Positions 59,150-64,000 of a stretch of DNA of 64,000 nt are shown piece by piece; position 1 is the stretch's first letter, and each line of letters begins with the position of its first letter. The notes beneath the pieces are model-generated. The model ran no database searches and was not told the origin of the DNA. It worked only from the letters and a program-made list of their open reading frames with translations. Source of the DNA: Candidatus Nomurabacteria bacterium. GTDB lineage: Bacteria; Patescibacteriota; Patescibacteriia; HK-STAS-PATE-3. The DNA is taken from assembly GCA_023898465.1 (NCBI GenBank), contig CP060223.1, positions 1,018,587-1,082,586 on the forward strand, in the 5' to 3' direction. The position numbers were made by a program, and so were the translations under genes.

Positions 59150-60403
59150 TTAGCGAGGCCTGATTTGACCAGCTCCTTCAATAATCCACTTATAGGTGGT
59201 GAGTTCGCGCAGCGCCATCGGGCCACGGGCATGTAATTTCTGCGTGCTGATGCCAATTTCTGCACCTAGGCCAAACTCAAAGCCATCGGTAAAGCTAGTT
59301 GCCGTGTTTACATATACGGCCGCAGCATCAACTTGTTGCTCAAATGCTTGGGCTGCTTTGGTATTCCGCGTCACAATTGCTTCTGAGTGTCCGGAAGTAT
59401 GCGATTGCACAAAAGCGATTCCTTCTTTCCAATCCCTCACCGTCTTTACTGAAGCCTGGAGGGAGAGAAACTCCTTACCATAATCAGAAGACTTCGCATG
59501 TTTAAGTAACGTTGCTGGATAGTAGGATTTGAGAGCGGCGTAACTTTTTGCATCAGCATAGAGCACCACTTCCTCTTTCATGAGCTCAGCAGCCAGTTTT
59601 TTCATGAATGATTTCACTACGCTTTTATCAACGACGATAGTGTCGAGAGCGTTACAGACGCTGGGACGGCGAGTCTTTGCGTTTACTACAATACGAGTTG
59701 CCCAATCCAAGCGGGCAGATTTTTCTACGTAGGTATGACAGACTCCAGCGCCAGTTTCAATCACTGGCACAGTAGCGTTTTGACGTACAAAGCGGATAAG
59801 GCGGTCGCTGCCCCGGGGGATCAGTACATCGACATAGCCATCAGCTTGCATGAGTGCTTTTGTTTGACTCGGATCAAGCAGGGAAATTGCTGCCGGATTC
59901 AGCTTATGCTTTTTTAACACCTCATGGGCGATTTGCACAAATGCTTTATTGGAAAAGTCGGCATCACTTCCGCCCTTGAGGACAACGGCGTTGCCTGTTT
60001 TAAGCGTGATACTAGCGACCTCGACCGTCACGTTTGGCCTGGCTTCATAGATAACCCCCAATACGCCAATCGGTACAAGTACGCGACGAAGGTGCAACTT
60101 ATTTTTTAGACGACGTTGCTCAAGCACTTCACCGATTGGATCAGGCAGACCTTTCACCGCACTGACACTCTTGGCAATTCCTCGGATGCGCTCTTTTGTG
60201 AGCAGTAAACGATCAGCCAGAGGATAGTCTTTCGGGAGTTTGGCAAAGTCTCGGTGATTCGCTTGAAGAATTTTTTTTTCATGACGCAGTAAGGCAGCAG
60301 CAAAGTCCGCTAGCAGCTTATTTTTTTGTGCAGTACTTAAAAGAGCCAGTGCATTTGCGGCTTGACGAGCTTGGGTAAGTTGTCGTTCTAGTGCGTGCTG
60401 CAT
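59150..60403 (-). CDS. proA: Gamma-glutamyl phosphate reductase
   Basis: ALDH-fold ProA similarity (VIYEARPNVTVE, catalytic Cys region GAGVCHTYV). Confidence 0.95.
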   Translation of the reverse strand: MQHALERQLTQARQAANALALLSTAQKNKLLADFAAALLRHEKKILQANHRDFAKLPKDYPLADRLLLTKERIRGIAKSVSAVKGLPDPIGEVLEQRRLKNKLHLRRVLVPIGVLGVIYEARPNVTVEVASITLKTGNAVVLKGGSDADFSNKAFVQIAHEVLKKHKLNPAAISLLDPSQTKALMQADGYVDVLIPRGSDRLIRFVRQNATVPVIETGAGVCHTYVEKSARLDWATRIVVNAKTRRPSVCNALDTIVVDKSVVKSFMKKLAAELMKEEVVLYADAKSYAALKSYYPATLLKHAKSSDYGKEFLSLQASVKTVRDWKEGIAFVQSHTSGHSEAIVTRNTKAAQAFEQQVDAAAVYVNTATSFTDGFEFGLGAEIGISTQKLHARGPMALRELTTYKWIIEGAGQIRPR

Positions 60404-60503
60404 ACGATAGATACTAGCATAGCTTTAGTTGCCAAGCTATAGATGTAGAGAGAAAAGTGCCGCTGCTATTTTTTTGCAACGGCACTTGAGTGGGTTCCTC
60501 CTA

Positions 60504-61871
60504 TCAGATTACCTGAGTCTCTCCATGAGAGAACTCACGGCAAGGGTCGAAGTGTGAAATGTCGACCAGGTGTTCGTCGAAGGGAGCGGGCAGGCGAACG
60601 GTGTGCGGTTTTCCGTTCACATAAGTATCGCCGCTCAGTAGACGTCCAACCAGGAAAGCGGTGTATGGGGCGTGCATGAGTCCGTGTCCCGAGAATCCAA
60701 CCGCGTGGACCAGATTCCCAAGCTGGGCATCCAATCCAATGATGGGGTTGTGATCCGGGGTGGTCCCATAGTAGCCGCTGGTTACCCTAGTGACTCGGCC
60801 GGGGTCGACCAAGTCAGGGGCAAAGTGGGCAAGCTCCAGATGGAGACGCTCTGCATATTCCCCTGTGCATCCGAACTGAGGCGGCACGTGATCCTGATCC
60901 TCATCAGTGAAGTGAGGTTCAGAGTCAGCCCGGTGCGCCCAGCCCATCATGAGCAAAGCTCCATCTGGACGAGAGTAGGATCCGCGAGCACTGCACATCC
61001 CGTAGATGATCATCGGTAGCTGTCGCCAAGCCTCCTCGGTCATCAGGTTTTCTTTACGCTGACGATCCAGGAAGTAAAGGAATCGCTTCAGTGGCTCAAC
61101 CGGCAACTCCATGCCGCCGATTTTTCCACTCAGACGATTCGCCCAGGCGTTGGTCGCGTTGATCACCCAATCGCAAGGGATTTCACCTTGCGTAGTCTGC
61201 AGAGCCACGATATGGCTTCGCTCCAGTCGCGCACCGACGACCTCGGTGTTTTGGAGAATCGTCACACCAAGTTCGCGAGCCCGCTCGAAGCCGTGCTGGT
61301 AGATCAGATCATGACGCAAGAAGCCATCCGTCGGACACCAGGTGGCGCCGATGATGTTTCCTTGATCAATGAAAGGCCAGCGCTCACGCACCTGCGCAGC
61401 ATTGAGGAGCTCGACCGGTAGGTCATAGCTCTGCTGCATACGCACGCGCTCCGGGGCGTCTTGCCAGCTCATCGCCGCATCTGCTGGATCAGGGCAGTCA
61501 CTGCTCGAGGGATCTTCGTACATGAAGAGATAGCCGTTTTGAACGAATACCCTTCCCGTACCATTTTCACTCGTCTGCAGTTTCGTGGCGAAGTTGACAT
61601 ACCAGTCCTCTGCGTAGCGCATACCGATAACGGTTTCCGGTGTGCCAAACTGTGCGCGGGCACAGGCGGCAGAACGACTGGAAGATCCATTACCGATCGA
61701 CGCTTTTTCACAGACAGTGACCTGGTATCCGGCCTCAGCCAGATTGACGGCAATCAGTGCGCCGGTGGCGCCTCCGCCGATGATGACTACCTTGTCTCCC
61801 GTTGTTGTTGACCGCCGCGGCGGCGGGCCATCAGTTCCGTTCATAACCGTACTCCTTGTGCAGCTCAGCAC
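60504..61871 (-). CDS. FAD-dependent oxidoreductase (DAO/glycine-oxidase-like), GC-rich
   Basis: VVIIGGGATGALIAVNLAEAGYQVTVCEK dinucleotide-binding motif; terminator after the stop (60455-60490). Confidence 0.75.
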   Translation of the reverse strand: MLSCTRSTVMNGTDGPPPRRSTTTGDKVVIIGGGATGALIAVNLAEAGYQVTVCEKASIGNGSSSRSAACARAQFGTPETVIGMRYAEDWYVNFATKLQTSENGTGRVFVQNGYLFMYEDPSSSDCPDPADAAMSWQDAPERVRMQQSYDLPVELLNAAQVRERWPFIDQGNIIGATWCPTDGFLRHDLIYQHGFERARELGVTILQNTEVVGARLERSHIVALQTTQGEIPCDWVINATNAWANRLSGKIGGMELPVEPLKRFLYFLDRQRKENLMTEEAWRQLPMIIYGMCSARGSYSRPDGALLMMGWAHRADSEPHFTDEDQDHVPPQFGCTGEYAERLHLELAHFAPDLVDPGRVTRVTSGYYGTTPDHNPIIGLDAQLGNLVHAVGFSGHGLMHAPYTAFLVGRLLSGDTYVNGKPHTVRLPAPFDEHLVDISHFDPCREFSHGETQVI

Positions 61872-63613
61872 GAGGTTGGAATAGAGCTTAGTAGCTGCAG
61901 TACTTCTTCACAGGTGAATTCCTGTTGTTCACCTGTGTGCCGAAGACGTAGTTCCACCTTCCCTTCTGCTGCCAATCTTCCGACGGTGATTCGTCTCGGG
62001 CAGCCGATAAGGTCCGCATCAGCGAATTTCACACCAGCTGATTCACCTCGATCATCATAGAGCACATCGATTCCGCGTGCGCTCAGTTGCTCGTAGAGTC
62101 TATCAGCCAGCTCTCGCTGAACATCAGCTTCATGGTTCGCGGTGAGGATGTGTGCTTGATAGGGCGCCACAGCTTCAGGCCAACAAATGCCTTGTCCATC
62201 GCGGTTTTGCTCCACGATGGCTTGCATGAGTCGAGTGGTCCCGATGCCATAGCAGCCCATCCAAGGCACCTGCGCTTCGCCCGATTGATCCAGGAAGCTC
62301 ACATCCAAAGCCCTTGCATAGCCCTGCTGTAGCATGAAGATGTGTCCCACCTCAATGCCTCGACTGATACCCAGTCGACCTTCATCGCAGTTGGGGCATC
62401 CGTGTCCCTCAGCAGCATTATGCAGGTCGTAGTAGTGCTCCGGTTCCGGAAGTTCGCCGCCAAAGTTGACGTCGAGCGCATGGTGGTCCGTGGTGTTGTA
62501 GCCGCACAAGAAGTTGGACATGCCGCACACTGATTGATCAAACAGAATGCGTACATTCCGTTGACCAATCGGTCCAGCAAAGCCTACCTCCGCACCAGTC
62601 ACTTCACGTACCACAGGGTCTAGGGCGGGGACCACCTCGTCAGCACCCAGTGCATTCCGTACCTTCACGAGATTGATGCCCAAATCGCCTCTAATGCAGA
62701 CAGCGATGTCGTAGGGATCATTCCCCTTGGGGTTGACCGTGCAGATGATAGTCTTCACCATGTGCTGGGCAGTGATTCCTTGGTCTGCGAAATGCCGTTC
62801 CAGCTCTTCAACCGTCCGGATACCCGGAGTGGGTACCCATCTGATTGTGCGTCGTTCATCAGAGTAGCTCGGTCGCGTATAGCGACTCGCCGCCCTTTCC
62901 ATGTTTGCGCCGTAGTCGCAGTGATCGCAGGTGAGCAATTCATCCTCACCAACGTCACAGACGGCCATGAATTCCGAAGAGCCTTGTCCGCCGATCGCTC
63001 CGCTGTCCGCTTGGACGGCGATGCAGCTTCGGAGACCCACGGCTTCGAAAATGCGCCGATAGATTCCTCGGTACATATCGAAGGACGCTCGCATGCCATC
63101 TTCATCCGGATCGAATGAATAGGCATCTGACATGGAGAACTCGCGACCGCGGAGCAGTCCCATCCGGGGGCGTAGCTCATCACGGAATTTGGGTCCGATC
63201 TGATGGAGATGCAGCGGTAGCTCACGCCAACCACTCAGCTCAGCCGCTACCAGAGCAGTAACCACTTCTTCAGCAGTCGGTGCCAAACCATAGGGTTGGC
63301 GACTTTGCTGTTCCGTAGTCACGAACATGGTACCGGACTGCACATACTTAGCCCAGCGCCCGCTTTGTTGCCAGAGCGACTCCGGCTGGAGGATAGGGAG
63401 CTGGACATTTTGCACGCCGCCCCTTTCCATTTCAGCGAAGATGATCTGACAAATCCGCTGATGCACGCGCCATCCCAGAGGGAGAAGTGCGTATACACCA
63501 GCTGCTACCTGTCGGATGAAGCCAGCTCTTTCGAGTAAGGCGTGCGAAGGAATGAGACCTTCGCGCACCTCGCGCCGTGTTCTGGGGAAGTGAGCAGTCA
63601 TGCGCACACTCAC
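61865..63613 (-). CDS. proS: Prolyl-tRNA synthetase (bacterial type with editing insertion), GC-rich
   Basis: N-terminus FPRTRREV...LLERAGFIRQVAAGVYALLPLG; class II motifs; INS editing domain. Confidence 0.95.
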   Translation of the reverse strand: MSVRMTAHFPRTRREVREGLIPSHALLERAGFIRQVAAGVYALLPLGWRVHQRICQIIFAEMERGGVQNVQLPILQPESLWQQSGRWAKYVQSGTMFVTTEQQSRQPYGLAPTAEEVVTALVAAELSGWRELPLHLHQIGPKFRDELRPRMGLLRGREFSMSDAYSFDPDEDGMRASFDMYRGIYRRIFEAVGLRSCIAVQADSGAIGGQGSSEFMAVCDVGEDELLTCDHCDYGANMERAASRYTRPSYSDERRTIRWVPTPGIRTVEELERHFADQGITAQHMVKTIICTVNPKGNDPYDIAVCIRGDLGINLVKVRNALGADEVVPALDPVVREVTGAEVGFAGPIGQRNVRILFDQSVCGMSNFLCGYNTTDHHALDVNFGGELPEPEHYYDLHNAAEGHGCPNCDEGRLGISRGIEVGHIFMLQQGYARALDVSFLDQSGEAQVPWMGCYGIGTTRLMQAIVEQNRDGQGICWPEAVAPYQAHILTANHEADVQRELADRLYEQLSARGIDVLYDDRGESAGVKFADADLIGCPRRITVGRLAAEGKVELRLRHTGEQQEFTCEEVLQLLSSIPTSC

Positions 63614-63802
63614 AAAAACCTCCCTTGCTTTGTTGTTCTTCGCACGTGTACCAAAACGCCGCAGGGTGACTTACATCACACTTCGTTGTTAAGGTCCTAC
63701 TAAATTGTTGGGTACTGTACGTGGCTATGCGCGACCTGTCAAGGAAAACAAAAATGAAGCGCATACTTCATCATACATGAGATAAAATCTTGATTAATTT
63801 TT

Positions 63803-64000
63803 TTCTAAGGACTCGGCGATTTCCTGCGCTCTTTTAAATGCAGCCTGCAGTGCCTTGGTCCAGGCAGCAGTGCTCTTTGCGCGCTGCATTATCTTAAGCG
63901 CTTCCTCAGTTGTTCCTTTTTTCGAAGCAACCTTTTGGACCAGTGCGAGAGGTTCGTCGCTGGCATCTTGATAAAGAGCAGCAGCACCGAGCAGCGTTTC
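63803..64000 (-). CDS. Partial CDS (C-terminal end; upstream part beyond window), unknown function
   Basis: Open minus-strand frame ...ALKIMQRAKSTAAWTKALQAAFKRAQEIAESLEKN* ending at 63803; not in the track because the start is outside the window. Confidence 0.25.

Overview
This is a 64-kb bacterial chromosomal window with dense, mostly co-linear housekeeping operons at about 45-50% GC. Between them sit more than 10 short GC-rich (about 57-63%) islands of small standalone genes, each with its own sigma70-like promoter (TTGACA), AGGAGG ribosome-binding site (RBS) and hairpin+T-run terminator. The phylum cannot be determined from sequence alone.

Recognisable core genes: cyclophilin PPIase, efp, rpsR-ssb-rpsF, an RsuA-family pseudouridine synthase, ychF, a MazG-like protein, a CofE-like ligase, a RibD-C-like reductase, yhhQ, a NUDIX hydrolase, folD-glyA-lgt, an MTAP-family phosphorylase, rnj, trpS, murI, phosphogluco/mannomutase, an ATL (alkyltransferase-like) protein, an M24 peptidase, riboflavin kinase, yraN, rnhB, gdhA, trxA, tig, a PaaK-like adenylating enzyme followed by three tandem PlsC-type acyltransferases, H+-PPase (hppA), nusA, uvrC, a FabH-like KAS III, proA, an FAD oxidoreductase and proS.

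RNA genes: a 23S-5S rRNA operon with no 16S (near-consensus promoter, about 630-nt leader), tRNA-Leu(TAG), tRNA-Gly(TCC), tRNA-Cys(GCA) and tRNA-Gly(GCC).

Mobile elements: two divergent IS200/RAYT-family (Y1) transposases; one is flanked by identical palindromic REP-like hairpins.

Other notable elements: a repeated sequence element found downstream of two tRNA loci; tandem paralogous secreted proteins sharing a Cys-rich module; a structured roughly 480-nt non-coding region; a possible small RNA or leader next to tig; and many small secreted, membrane or zinc-ribbon mini-proteins.

No CRISPR array, reverse transcriptase or recognisable defence system was seen. I consider the compositionally distinct small-gene islands and the tRNA-associated repeat the most novel features.
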